Position numbers and translations under genes: made by a program | Notes under the pieces: model-generated | The model's input: the letters and a program-made list of their open reading frames with translations, nothing else | What the model was told of the DNA's origin: nothing | Databases searched by the model: none | Source: Alphaproteobacteria bacterium | GTDB lineage: Bacteria > Pseudomonadota > Alphaproteobacteria > MPNO01 > UBA830 | Length of the DNA: 64,000 bases | Reading direction: 5' to 3' | Assembly: GCA_965243135.1 (NCBI GenBank) | Contig: OZ251539.1 | Coordinates: forward strand, 2,720,001-2,784,000 | In this document: positions 20,195 through 30,322 of the stretch, one piece after another | Numbering within the stretch: the first letter of the stretch is position 1 | Layout of the letters: each line of letters opens with the position of its first letter

Positions 20195-21321
20195 CGCAGG
20201 TTTCCCGCGTTCGGGAGGGCGGCCTCGATCGCGCGCCGGACGGCCTCCGGGTCGGCCTGGGGGGCGACGAAGGCGTCGCCTACGGCACGCGCCAGGACGA
20301 AGGCGATCCGCCCGTCCCGGACTTTCTTGTCCCGGCTCATGCGCCGGATGAGCGCATCGGGGTCGCAGCGGCGGCCCGCCGGCAGGGCGACGGGCAATCC
20401 GACCGTCTCGAAATGCCGGCGGACGCGGGCCACTTCGGCGTACGCGCACAGGCCGAGCGCCGCCGAGAGCTCGAAAGCCATGACCATGCCGACGGCGACC
20501 GCCTCGCCGTGGAGCATCCGGTACCCGGATTCCGCTTCGATGGCGTGGCCGAAGGTATGGCCGAAGTTCAGGAGCGTTCGCGCGCCCGCTTCGCGTTCGT
20601 CCCTTCCGACGACGTCCGCCTTCACGGCGCAGCTGGCGCGGACGGCATGGCGGCGCGCCGGGCCGTTCTCGGCGACGACCTGGGCGCCGTTGCGTTCGAG
20701 CCAGGCGAAGAATCCCGGATCGCGGATCAGGCCGTATTTGACCACTTCGGCGTAGCCGGCGAGGAGGTGCGGTCGCGGCAGCGTGTCGAGCATCGCCGTG
20801 TCCGCGAGGACGAGCCTCGGTTGGTGGAACGCGCCCAGGAGATTCTTGCCGTGGCGCGTATTCACGCCGGTCTTGCCGCCTACCGAACTGTCGACCTGCG
20901 ACAGCAGGGTCGTTGGAATCTGGACGAAGTTCAGGCCGCGCAGGATCATGCTGGCGGCGAAACCGGCGATGTCGCCGACGACGCCGCCGCCGAGGGCGAT
21001 CAGGACCGAGGAGCGTTCCGGCGCGGAATCGAGCGCCGCGGTCGCGACGCGTTCCACCGTTTCCAGGCTTTTGGTCCGTTCTCCCGGAGGCAGGACTATG
21101 GAGGCCGGCCGGACTCCCGCTTCGGACAACGCCTTCCGGACGCTTTCGAGATGCAGTCCGGCGACCGTTTCGTCGGTGACGATCCAGCACGGGCGCGATC
21201 CGGCGAGGTCCCTGACGCGGGCGGCGCCGCTGCCGCCGGGCGCGGCCACGCCGTCGCCGATGACGATTTCGTAGGACCGTTTCCCGAGTTCGACCCGGAG
21301 ACTCTCTTCCTTCCGCTTCAT
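20191..21321 (-). CDS. aroB: 3-dehydroquinate synthase
   Basis: GGGVVGD, PTTLLSQVDSSVGGKTG, LNFGHTFGHAIE, LHGEAV. Confidence 0.97.
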   Translation of the reverse strand: MKRKEESLRVELGKRSYEIVIGDGVAAPGGSGAARVRDLAGSRPCWIVTDETVAGLHLESVRKALSEAGVRPASIVLPPGERTKSLETVERVATAALDSAPERSSVLIALGGGVVGDIAGFAASMILRGLNFVQIPTTLLSQVDSSVGGKTGVNTRHGKNLLGAFHQPRLVLADTAMLDTLPRPHLLAGYAEVVKYGLIRDPGFFAWLERNGAQVVAENGPARRHAVRASCAVKADVVGRDEREAGARTLLNFGHTFGHAIEAESGYRMLHGEAVAVGMVMAFELSAALGLCAYAEVARVRRHFETVGLPVALPAGRRCDPDALIRRMSRDKKVRDGRIAFVLARAVGDAFVAPQADPEAVRRAIEAALPNAGNLR

Positions 21322-21869
21322 GCCGGCTGCGGTCCTTCGAAACAGCGCTGCAGCGCGCGCAGCACGGCGCGGGCGGCGGCGTCGGCCGATCGGTCGCCGG
21401 AGGCGACCGTCAGATCCGCCTCGGCATAGAACGGGTAGCGTTCCGCGATCAGGCGTTCCATGACTTGGCGCCGGTCCCCCATGTTCAGCAGCGGCCGGTC
21501 GCTGCGTCGCGAAACGCGTTCGAGGAGGACTTCGAGATCGGCCTTCAGCCACACGGAAACGCCGTTCAGGCGGACGTTGCGCCGGGTCTCCGCGTCCGCG
21601 AACGCGCCGCCGCCGGTCGCGATCACGGCGTTCCGCCGCTTCATCAGCCGGGCGATCACCCGCCGCTCGCCGTCGCGAAACGCCGGTTCGCCGTATTTCG
21701 CGAAGATGTCCTCGATCGAGCAATTGGCCGCCGCTTCTATCTCCCTGTCGGCATCGATGAATTCGCGGTCGAGCAGGGCCGCCAGCCGCTGTCCGACGGT
21801 CGTCTTTCCCGCTCCCATCAGACCGACCAGAACGATGGGCTTTTCAGCATACTGCAGGGCGACTGTCAT
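21318..21869 (-). CDS. aroK: Shikimate kinase
   Basis: GLMGAGKTT, GEPAFRDGE, ATGGG, RPLL. Confidence 0.97.
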   Translation of the reverse strand: MTVALQYAEKPIVLVGLMGAGKTTVGQRLAALLDREFIDADREIEAAANCSIEDIFAKYGEPAFRDGERRVIARLMKRRNAVIATGGGAFADAETRRNVRLNGVSVWLKADLEVLLERVSRRSDRPLLNMGDRRQVMERLIAERYPFYAEADLTVASGDRSADAAARAVLRALQRCFEGPQPA

Positions 21870-21989
21870 TGGAAGATTCGCTTAAGCCCAAGGCGTTCTC
21901 GCCGTCGGAATTTCCGGGAGGCGGCCGCCTTGCGCGGGGCCGGCCACCGGGGTTCGCCCGGTCGCGCTTCCACCTCCGCAGCCGGATCT

Positions 21990-23125
21990 CGGGCCACGCG
22001 CCCCGGGACGACCCGCGCACGGAAGGAAAAAGCGTTGTCCTCGGGCGGATCCTCCACCTTCAGCCGGCGCGCGTCAACGGGAAAATAGCGCTGCCGCAGC
22101 TGGAAGTCCGGCATATTTCGGAAAGATCCCTTCCGAGCGCGGCCGGCCAAAACGGCTCGCCGTCGCGAACGACGATCGGCAACATTGCCGCCGCCGCCAT
22201 CTTCGCGCCGCCGCGGACGAACTTCCCGTACGACGCCGACGTGCAGGAAGCGCGGGATCGTCTCCCGGTCGACGCTCGACTGGAACTCCAGCGGCGGAAG
22301 CGCTTCGCCCTGGCCGTCTTCCGCGCGCAGGCGGACGCGCCCTGGAAGGGATGCGCGACCAGATGGCGGACGCCCCGTCTTCCGCGCGCAGGCGGACGCG
22401 CCGCTGGCCGACAAGCGCACTTTTCCGGCGATGGACCGTCTTCCGCGCGCAGGCGGACGTGCCGTCTAAAACGTGTTGAGAGAAAATTCCCTCAACCCGT
22501 CTTCCGCGCGCAGGCGGACGTGCCCCCGGCATCCGATCCGCCCGGTGGGCCGGACCGCCGTCTTCCGCGCGCAGGCGGACGTGCCCCCGATCGGCGGCCG
22601 CGCATGGCATGTGATCACCCGTCTTCCGCGCGCAGGCGGACGTGCCCTGTTCGCGGTCGAGGCCATCGCCCAGCACGAGCCGTCTTCCGCGCGCAGGCGG
22701 ACGTGCCTGAATCCCATACTTTTTGCAAGATTGTACGCAACCGTCTTCCGCGCGCAGGCGGACGCGCCGGCGCCTCGCGCAATGTCCGCGTGGGACACGC
22801 GCCGTCTTCCGCGCGCAGGCGGACGTGCCTGAATCCCATACTTTTTGCAAGATTGTACGCAACCGTCTTCCGCGCGCAGGCGGACGCGCCAGCCCCGGTC
22901 CCGTCGGCATTGCGCGGATCATCCCGTCTTCCGCGCGCAGGCGGACGCGCCAGACCATGTCGGCGCGGCTCTGCCGCAGGTCGTTGTCGACGAACCGCGG
23001 CGGGGGATCGCGGCAGGGAAGTCCGGTTCTCCGCCGAAGTCCGCCCGAAGGAAGCCGTGCGCCAGGTCGGCCACGGACCGTGGGTTGTCGAAAAGCGTTT
23101 GCATGGCGTCGTCGCAGATGTCGCG
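21990..23125 (-). pseudogene. Frameshifted Rpn/YhgA-family nuclease gene interrupted by the CRISPR array
   Basis: Minus-strand pieces in Rpn order: 'DDAMQTLFDNPRSVADLAHGFL', 'FVDNDLRQSRADMVWRVRL' | array | 'LEFQSSVDR', 'LPIVVRDGEPFW', 'FQLRQRYFPVD'. Outer limits approximate. Confidence 0.85.
22314..22951. CRISPR. Orphan type I-E-like CRISPR array: 11 repeats CCGTCTTCCGCGCGCAGGCGGACG(C/T)GCC, 10 spacers of 33 bp
   Basis: Repeats start at 22314, 22375, 22436, 22497, 22558, 22619, 22680, 22741, 22802, 22863 and 22924 (exact 61-bp period); TCCGC/GCGGA hairpin; spacers unrelated except 7 = 9; no cas genes in window. Confidence 0.95.
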
Positions 23126-23279
23126 AACCAGACCGGCTCCCGTCCGGCGAGCCTCGCGGCGGCTTCTTTCTTCATGCGTAAAGCGAAGGCAGCGCGGACG
23201 CGCCCCAAAATCGCCATAATCTGCGACGATGGTGCGGCCGTCGTCAAGCGCGGCGGACCGCGCGAATTGGGAGCGTCGG

Positions 23280-23420
23280 ATGAAAACGTTGCACATTGCC
23301 GTCTTGGCGGGCGCCTTGCTGGTTCTGGGAGGAGGAGCTGCGTTGCTTGCCGTTTGGGACATCCCCGCCCCATCCGCCGAGGTCGAAAGAATCATTCCGA
23401 ATGACCGCTTTCCTCGCTGA
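23280..23420 (+). CDS. Small membrane hypothetical protein
   Basis: One hydrophobic helix plus 'WDIPAP...VERIIPNDRF'; recalled as common upstream of xerD in Alphaproteobacteria. Confidence 0.7.
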   Translation: MKTLHIAVLAGALLVLGGGAALLAVWDIPAPSAEVERIIPNDRFPR

Positions 23421-25143
23421 TCGCCGGCCGCGGATGATCGCCGGCCTGCTGGCCGCGGCGATTTCCTTCGGAGCTGCGGCGCAGCCCGTCGAACTTCGGC
23501 GGCCGACTCCCGACGAGGCCCGTCCCGCGCCGCCGACGCCTCCGCCGGTCGAATCGTCCGGCGAGGAAGCCGGAGCTTCCCGGCCCGCGGACGAGATCGT
23601 TTTCGATACGCTGGACCCGATCGATCCCGATACCTTCGGACTGATCGGCGCGAATCAGGACGGTTTCGGCGTCGACGTCTGGCAGGGAGCGGACTGGCAA
23701 ACCGTCAGCGGGCTGATGTCGCAAATCCCGGCGCTCACGACATCGGCCACGATGCGGGCGCTCGCCTCCCGGCTGCTCCTGTCCCGAGCTTTCGTGCCCG
23801 CGGGCAAGCCGGCGAACGCAAGTTTCGTCGGGCTGCGCGTCGAACGGCTTCTGGACATGGCCATGATCGAGGAGGCGCTCGCCCTGTTGAAGGCGGTTCC
23901 GGTCCAGCGGCGCGATGCGACGTTCTCGAAGGTCGAAGTCGAGACGCTCTTCTTCGACAACAGGAATGCGGAGGCATGCGCGCGGGTCGAGGAGGTCGCC
24001 GGAAGATTCGCCGACGTGTACTGGAATCAGGCGCAGGCCTTCTGCGTCGCTCTCGGAGGCGATCAGGCGCGCACCGCGCTCATCGCCGAACTGCTCCGCG
24101 AACGGGAGGAAGAAATAGAGCCGGCGTTCTTCACCGCGCTGGAATCGCTCGCCGGGTTGGAGGTCTCCGAGGTCGAGTCGCTCGACGCGCCCGGCGGACT
24201 GCTTCTCTCCATGATGCGCGCCGCCGGCCTGAAGCTGCCCGGGCCGCTGGCGAAGAGCGCCGATCCGGCGATTCTCCGTTGGGTCGCGAGGTCGCCGAAC
24301 GCCGATCTCGAGGTTCGCCTCGCGGCGGCCGAAAAAGCGCTGGGCGCACATGTTCTCGCGCCCGCCGACGTAACGCGGGCGTATCGGGGCATACGATTTA
24401 CCGACGAGGAACTGGCCAATCCGGTCTCGCGAGCCGAAGCGGACTGGGGACCGCGAGGCCGGGCGCTTCTTATGCGTGCGGCGTCAGCGCAGAGTTCTCC
24501 GCTCGCCAAGGCCGAACTGTTGAGGCGCGCATGGCAGATCGGGCGCGAGCGAGGCGGATACGGCGTGATGGCACGGATGGGCGCTTCGGAGGTTTCGGGC
24601 ATAACGCCGTCATCGGAACTGACGTGGTTCGCGGAGGACGCGGCTCGCGCCTTGTTCGGCGCGGGCCGCATCGCCGAGGCAATGGCCTGGTACGGCGCCG
24701 TGGCGGGACCGAGCGCAGCCCTGGACGAGGCGCGGAACGCGGAGGCCGGCCTGTGGCCGCTCGCGGTGCTGGCCGACAGCGAGACGCCCTTCGATCCCGA
24801 CCGGTTGACGCAGTGGTACGCCGACCTGCGGCAATCGGCGCCCGACGAAGCCCGCGGCAGGGCTCTGACCTTGTTCGGACTGCTGGAGGCCGCCGGCCGG
24901 AACGTTCCGTGGCGGACGCTGCTGGACGCGCCGACGGTCGGAAGCGGGACGGATCGGGCATGGGCGCGCAGCCTCGCGGCCGCGGCGGAGGAGGGCCGGA
25001 TCGGCGAGACCGTTCTGCTCTCGGCCGTCTTGGCCGGCGCCGGCGCGGGCCCGCCGGAGCTTGCGACCGCGCTCCGACGCGTCGGGCTCGAGGAGGAAGG
25101 ACGGCGCCTGGCACTGGAAATCGCCGTCGCGGCCGGGTTGTGA
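23401..25143 (+). CDS. Exported hypothetical protein upstream of xerD
   Basis: Signal-peptide-like N-terminus, long coding-like ORF, stop overlaps the xerD GTG. Confidence 0.8.
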   Translation: MTAFLADRRPRMIAGLLAAAISFGAAAQPVELRRPTPDEARPAPPTPPPVESSGEEAGASRPADEIVFDTLDPIDPDTFGLIGANQDGFGVDVWQGADWQTVSGLMSQIPALTTSATMRALASRLLLSRAFVPAGKPANASFVGLRVERLLDMAMIEEALALLKAVPVQRRDATFSKVEVETLFFDNRNAEACARVEEVAGRFADVYWNQAQAFCVALGGDQARTALIAELLREREEEIEPAFFTALESLAGLEVSEVESLDAPGGLLLSMMRAAGLKLPGPLAKSADPAILRWVARSPNADLEVRLAAAEKALGAHVLAPADVTRAYRGIRFTDEELANPVSRAEADWGPRGRALLMRAASAQSSPLAKAELLRRAWQIGRERGGYGVMARMGASEVSGITPSSELTWFAEDAARALFGAGRIAEAMAWYGAVAGPSAALDEARNAEAGLWPLAVLADSETPFDPDRLTQWYADLRQSAPDEARGRALTLFGLLEAAGRNVPWRTLLDAPTVGSGTDRAWARSLAAAAEEGRIGETVLLSAVLAGAGAGPPELATALRRVGLEEEGRRLALEIAVAAGL

Positions 25144-26057
25144 CGGCGAGCGGCGGGCAGTCCGCAAGGCTGCTGGAGGTCTTTCTGGAAATGATGACGG
25201 CGGAGCGCGGAGCCGCGGCCAACACCTGCGCCGCCTATCGAGGCGATATCGAACAATATCTGGAGCATCTGCGAGGATCGGGCGTCGACGCGCTGACGGC
25301 CGACACCTCCCACGTGCGCTCGGCGATCGACGGTTTCGCCGGATACGCCGCGCGCACGCAGGCGCGCAAGCTTTCCGCGCTGCGCCGGTTTCACCGGTTC
25401 CTGGTCGTCGAGGGCTACCGGGACGACGATCCGACTTCGACGGTGGACGGTCCGCGACGCGGGCTGTCCCTGCCCAAGGCGCTGAGTTTCGAGGAGGTGG
25501 AGGGGCTGCTCGCGGCGGCGCGCGCGGTCGAGGGCTGGCGCGGCGCGCGTCTGGTAGCGCTGCTGGAGATCCTGTACGCGACGGGGCTGCGGGTTTCGGA
25601 ACTCGTGGGGCTTCGGCGCGGGTCGCTGTCGCGCGCCGGACGGATCGCGACAGTGCGGGGCAAGGGCGGAAAGGAACGCATGGTTCCTCTGGGCGGGCCC
25701 GCGCGCGACGCCGTCGAGGCGTGGTTGCCGCTGCGCGAGGAGCAGCTCGGCGAAGCGGCGAAGGGGAACAAGTGGCTTTTTCCCTCGCGTTCCGCCGCCG
25801 GCCATTTGACGCGCGACCGTTTCGCCAAGCTGTTGCAGGAGGCGGCCGTTTCCGCGGGCATTGACGCGTCGCGCGTTTCGCCGCATGTTCTGCGCCATTC
25901 CTTCGCGACCCATCTGCTCGCGAACGGAGCCGACCTCCGAAGCGTGCAACAAATGCTCGGTCATGCCGATATCTCCACGACCCAGATCTACACCCATGTT
26001 CTCGACGAACGGCTCCGGGCGCTGGTCCGCGACGTCCATCCGCTCTCGGGCATCTGA
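25140..26057 (+). CDS. xerD: Tyrosine recombinase XerD
   Basis: ERGAAANT, LYATGLRVSEL, GKGGKER, SPHVLRHSFATHLL, LGHADISTTQIYTHV; aroK-xerD-accA synteny. Confidence 0.93.
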   Translation: MTASGGQSARLLEVFLEMMTAERGAAANTCAAYRGDIEQYLEHLRGSGVDALTADTSHVRSAIDGFAGYAARTQARKLSALRRFHRFLVVEGYRDDDPTSTVDGPRRGLSLPKALSFEEVEGLLAAARAVEGWRGARLVALLEILYATGLRVSELVGLRRGSLSRAGRIATVRGKGGKERMVPLGGPARDAVEAWLPLREEQLGEAAKGNKWLFPSRSAAGHLTRDRFAKLLQEAAVSAGIDASRVSPHVLRHSFATHLLANGADLRSVQQMLGHADISTTQIYTHVLDERLRALVRDVHPLSGI

Positions 26058-26085
26058 TCCGGCGTGACCGGGCGGAGCGTCGTCC

Positions 26086-27051
26086 TTGGCAGAAACTCAC
26101 GCCTTTCTTGAATTCGAGAAGCCGATCGCGGAGCTCGAGGGCAAGATTCAGGAGTTGCGGCACCTCAGCGACGACAGCGGGATTCGGATCGCCGACGAGG
26201 TGGAGCGGTTGCAGAACCGGGTCGATCGACTGCTGGTCCAGACTTACGCTAGGCTAACTCCGTGGCAGAAGGTTCAGGTGGCCCGGCATCCCGGGCGTCC
26301 GCACTGTCTCGATTACATCGGCGCGCTGATCGGCGAGTTCACGCCGCTGGCGGGCGATCGCGCCTACGGCGAGGATCAGGCGGTCGTCGGCGGCCTCGGG
26401 CGATTTCACGGCCGGTCGGTGGTCGTTCTCGGCCACGAGAAGGGCGCCGACACCGATTCGCGGATACGGCACAATTTCGGGATGGCGCGGCCGGAGGGGT
26501 ATCGCAAGGCGCAGCGCCTGATGCGGCTCGCGGATCGTTTCGGGCTTCCGGTGATCACCTTCGTCGACACGGCCGGCGCCTATCCGGGCGTCGGCGCCGA
26601 GGAGCGCGGCCAGGCGGAGGCGATCGCGCGTTCGATCGAGACCGGGCTCGATTTAAGGGTGCCGGTGGTCGGCGCGGTCATCGGCGAGGGCGGTTCGGGG
26701 GGGGCCATCGCCATTGCGGTGGCCAACCGCGTGCTGATGCTCGAGCATGCAGTCTATTCGGTGATTTCTCCCGAGGGATGCGCGTCGATCCTGTGGCGCG
26801 ACGCGAGTCACGCGACCGAGGCGGCGAACGCGCTCAAGCTCACCGCGCAGGACATGCTGGAGCTGGGCGTCATCGACGCGATCATTCCCGAGCCGGTCGG
26901 CGCGGCGCATCGCGACGGCAAGGCGGCGATCGAAGCGACGGGCCGCGCGATTTCGGACAGCCTAGATGCGTTGCGCGGCCTCGAGGGCGATGCATTGCGG
27001 CGGCAGCGGCGCGAGAAATTCATGCAAGTAGGGGAGCGTCCGGACAATTGA
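26086..27051 (+). CDS. accA: Acetyl-CoA carboxylase carboxyltransferase alpha subunit
   Basis: [43 protein letters not shown]. Confidence 0.98.
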   Translation: MAETHAFLEFEKPIAELEGKIQELRHLSDDSGIRIADEVERLQNRVDRLLVQTYARLTPWQKVQVARHPGRPHCLDYIGALIGEFTPLAGDRAYGEDQAVVGGLGRFHGRSVVVLGHEKGADTDSRIRHNFGMARPEGYRKAQRLMRLADRFGLPVITFVDTAGAYPGVGAEERGQAEAIARSIETGLDLRVPVVGAVIGEGGSGGAIAIAVANRVLMLEHAVYSVISPEGCASILWRDASHATEAANALKLTAQDMLELGVIDAIIPEPVGAAHRDGKAAIEATGRAISDSLDALRGLEGDALRRQRREKFMQVGERPDN

Positions 27052-27630
27052 CGGACGTTCGGAGGAAAGCGCGTCCGGGCGGACGGCATAAGGCGGCGGA
27101 ATTCGCCGTTGCGGAAAGGCTTTCGGCTTCAGGCGGCCTCGCAACCCGCCGACGTCGCGCTCCGCCGCCGGCGCGGGTCGCCGTGTCCGCGCAGCCCGGC
27201 CTTGCCATCCTCGCGAGCCTCCCCTCTCGTCCCGATCCTCGTCGCAAATCACCGCCCGGCGCAGCGCAACGACCCGCTTACCCAAGCTCGAAATCGGCGA
27301 ACGCCCCCCCGTTCGGCCCCTTCCTTGACGAAAGCTGTCCCCGAACGCCTTGGCGGTCGCGGCCCCTTTCTCGACGATGGACGCGAAAGCTCGCACCGCT
27401 TCGGCGGCCACCGGGGAGAACTTCGACAGGGACAAACCGTTCGAAGATCGCGAGACTGACATGAGTTGCGGTTTGGAGCCAACATTCCGCCGCGCGCCAG
27501 GAGCATTCTTTTTTCGTCCTCCGGCCCCGCGTCAAAGCCCGGAACGGCGTTTTGCCACGAAATCGCTGGCCTTGAAGCGTCGCAGCCCGCACTCGAGTTG
27601 AAAATCAATAGTTGTTTCCGGTTTGGCAAT

Positions 27631-28130
27631 ACAAGCGCTCGCTACCCGGGGGACGAAAAAATTTCGTCCGGGACCGGACACGGGATCCTTCGCCCCTCAT
27701 GCCGGATTTTTGCTGCGACCGACGGACGAAGGGCTTTGCCGCCGGCAACGGCTCTCCGGCGGCGGGACGAGACGTTGCGGCAACGGGACGAGGCGCGCCA
27801 AGAGGCGTCGCGCGTAGGCAAGTCGGCAGACGACGTTCCCAAAAACGCGACGCGTGCGGGCCGAGGCGGCGCGCAACGAGCCGAAACGCCTGAAGTCGGC
27901 CTCTTCGGCGAACGAGCTTGTGCGGGCCGCCCATGGCGAAGCCGAGGGAGCGCCTCGACGAACGCGGCAACGCCCGCGGCGCGCAAGCTTGACAAGAGCG
28001 GGCGCGCCCGACGCGCGGGAGAGCGGCGCGGAACGAAAAGCCCGGCGGGGGCGGCAGCCCGGGTCGTCGTCGCGCGGACGCGCTTGCCGGGCTCCTGGGG
28101 AACGCCGCCGTCCGCGGCGGGCCTTTCCGC
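27631..28130 (+). mobile_element. Partial non-autonomous element (degenerate A end)
   Basis: 'aagcgctcgctacccgggggacgaaaaaatttcgtcc' and following sequence match 62723 onward. Confidence 0.75.
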
Positions 28131-28492
28131 GAGGGCGGCCGCGGTTTCTGTCGCAAGCGAGAGCGGCCGCGGCCAGAGCGACGCGGCGCAAGCGCCGCCA
28201 TGACCGGAGAAGCAGCGAGAACCAGGTCCCGGCGCGGTACAGCGAGGACAGCCGCACGCCGGGGCGATGAGATGCGGCGGCAGAACGGCCAACCCAGCCG
28301 TCGTTCCGGAGACCGAGAGGATCCCCGCCGCACCCGCCGGCTGCAGGCCTCGCACGGAAGCGAAAGCGCGAAGCGGTTTGCAGAGCATGGACTTTTTGGG
28401 CATATCCTTGTCGAACGAGTCAACATTCCCGATACGAAGTTGCCTTTGACAAGAAGTTCCGTCCGGCGGCGGCACGCGAAGAAAGTTCGGCC

Positions 28493-29356
28493 ATGACAGG
28501 CGAGTTGCGGGCGGCGCGCGGCGATGCAAGCGGAGGTCCGGCGGCCTACGGCGGGACGGAAGCCGTTCCGTCGCAGGCCGCGCTGGCGTTCGCCGACATC
28601 GTCGACGGCGCGCGCGCATGGCATCTGTGGAGCATGCTCGGCTGGCAGGACATACGCCAGCGCTACCGCCGCTCGAAGCTCGGGCCTTTCTGGCTCACCA
28701 TCAGCATGGGCGCGCTGGTAGGCGGTCTCGGCGTATTGTACGCTGGGTTGTTCAAGGTCGAGGTCGCGGACTATTTGCCCTTCATTGCGGTCGGTTTCAT
28801 CGTCTGGAGTTTGATTTCCGGGCTTATCGTCGAGGGTTGCGACGCGTTCATCCGCGCCGAGAGCATCATAAAGCAGGTCGGGCTGCCCTTGTCGGTGCAC
28901 GTGTACCGGGTGGTGTGGCGGAGCGCGATCATCTTCGCCCACAACGCCGTCATTTACGTCGTCGTCGCGGTCATTTTCTCCATCCGGCCGGGCTGGACTT
29001 GTCTTCTCGCTCTTCCGGGACTTGCGCTGGTGTGCCTGAACGGCGTCTGGCTGGGGCTGCTGTTCGGCCTTGTGTCGGCCCGCTTCCGCGACGTTCCGCA
29101 GATCGTGGCCAGCGTCGTTCAGATCGCCTTCTTTCTTACGCCGATCATCTGGAAGCCCGAACTGCTGCCCGGCCGCGCGCTCGTGCTGGACGCCAATCCG
29201 TTCTACCACTTCCTGGAGTTGGTGCGGGGGCCGGCGCTGGGGCAGGCGCCGGAACCCATCTCCTGGATCGCGGTTCTGGGCATCACCGTCTGCGGTTGGG
29301 CGGCGACGCTGGCCATGTACCGCGCCTACCGCTGGCGGGTCGCGTATTGGGTATGA
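28493..29356 (+). CDS. ABC-2 polysaccharide export permease (Wzm-like)
   Basis: 'DIRQRYRRSKLGPFW', multiple TM helices, 'FFLTPIIW', 'NPFYH'. Confidence 0.93.
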   Translation: MTGELRAARGDASGGPAAYGGTEAVPSQAALAFADIVDGARAWHLWSMLGWQDIRQRYRRSKLGPFWLTISMGALVGGLGVLYAGLFKVEVADYLPFIAVGFIVWSLISGLIVEGCDAFIRAESIIKQVGLPLSVHVYRVVWRSAIIFAHNAVIYVVVAVIFSIRPGWTCLLALPGLALVCLNGVWLGLLFGLVSARFRDVPQIVASVVQIAFFLTPIIWKPELLPGRALVLDANPFYHFLELVRGPALGQAPEPISWIAVLGITVCGWAATLAMYRAYRWRVAYWV

Positions 29357-30117
29357 ACGCCGAAATCAGCCTCCGGCTCGACGCCGTGACCGTGGATTTT
29401 CCCGTTTACGGCGCGGACAGCCGCTCGCTCAAGAACAATCTCCTGCGCCGGAGCACGGGCGGGCGGATAGGTCGGGACGCCGCGCAGCGGCTTTCGGTGC
29501 GCGCTCTCGAAGACGTGAAGTTCGCGCTTGCTCACGGCGACCGCGTCGGGCTGGTCGGCGCGAACGGCGCGGGCAAGACGACGCTGCTACGGGTGCTCGC
29601 GGGAGTCTATCAGCCGACGTTGGGGCGCGTGGACCGCCGGGGACGAGTGGCCGCGCTGTTCAATCTGTCGCTCGGCATCGATCCTTATTCGACGGGATAC
29701 GAGAACATCACGGCGCGCGGAATGTTCCTCGGGCTCATGCCCTCGGAAATCCGCGAGCGGACCGCCGAGATAGCGGAGTTCACCGAGCTCGGCGACTATC
29801 TGGCGATGCCGGTGCACACCTACTCGACCGGCATGCAGTTGCGACTGGCGTTTGCGGTGTGCACCTGCATCAAGCCCGAGATTCTGCTGATGGACGAGTG
29901 GATCGGGGTGGGCGACGCGGCCTTCGTCAAGAAGGCGGAGCGGCGGCTGGAAGAATTCGTGGGGCGGGCGGGGATCCTCGTGCTGGCTTCGCACAACGCC
30001 GCCTTGCTCGAGCGCGTCTGCACAAGGGGTATACTGTTGGAAGCTGGACGGGTGCAGGCGTTTGGACCTATCGACGAGGTGCTGCGGGATTTCAGAGCGG
30101 GGATTCGTCAGTCCTAG
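29353..30117 (+). CDS. ABC polysaccharide export ATPase (Wzt-like)
   Basis: GANGAGKTT, YSTGMQLRL, LMDEW, ASH. Confidence 0.93.
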   Translation: MNAEISLRLDAVTVDFPVYGADSRSLKNNLLRRSTGGRIGRDAAQRLSVRALEDVKFALAHGDRVGLVGANGAGKTTLLRVLAGVYQPTLGRVDRRGRVAALFNLSLGIDPYSTGYENITARGMFLGLMPSEIRERTAEIAEFTELGDYLAMPVHTYSTGMQLRLAFAVCTCIKPEILLMDEWIGVGDAAFVKKAERRLEEFVGRAGILVLASHNAALLERVCTRGILLEAGRVQAFGPIDEVLRDFRAGIRQS

Positions 30118-30144
30118 CCCGGATATCTCACCACAACTGGTTGC
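30118..30144. mobile_element. Isolated IS1380-type end
   Basis: cccggatatctcaccacaactggttgc matches the reverse complement of 47208-47234; preceded by CTAG. Confidence 0.75.
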
Positions 30145-30322
30145 CTCCGATTCGCAGTATATAAAATCAAGCTACTATACGACCTGCGAAAGGAAACCCC
30201 ACAGACTGTAAACCGTTGCAACTTGAGTTTCAACGCCTCGGAAGCCGCGGGTGTACGTCAATTTCTTGAGATTTGCATTGACGCCAAGGAGGGCCTAGAT
30301 TTTCTGTATGTACTAATGCGCC

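Noticed and set aside
21869-23404. ORFs of 250-510 aa running through the array with repeated peptides
   Set aside because: Products of the stop-poor 61-bp repeat; only the Rpn remnants on the minus strand are meaningful.
25140-26057. Tyrosine recombinase as an integron integrase, with the GTAAGCGTTCG motifs as attC sites
   Set aside because: The protein is a typical XerD in core synteny without the IntI insertion; the motifs pair as inverted ends of kb-sized elements and lack attC structure.
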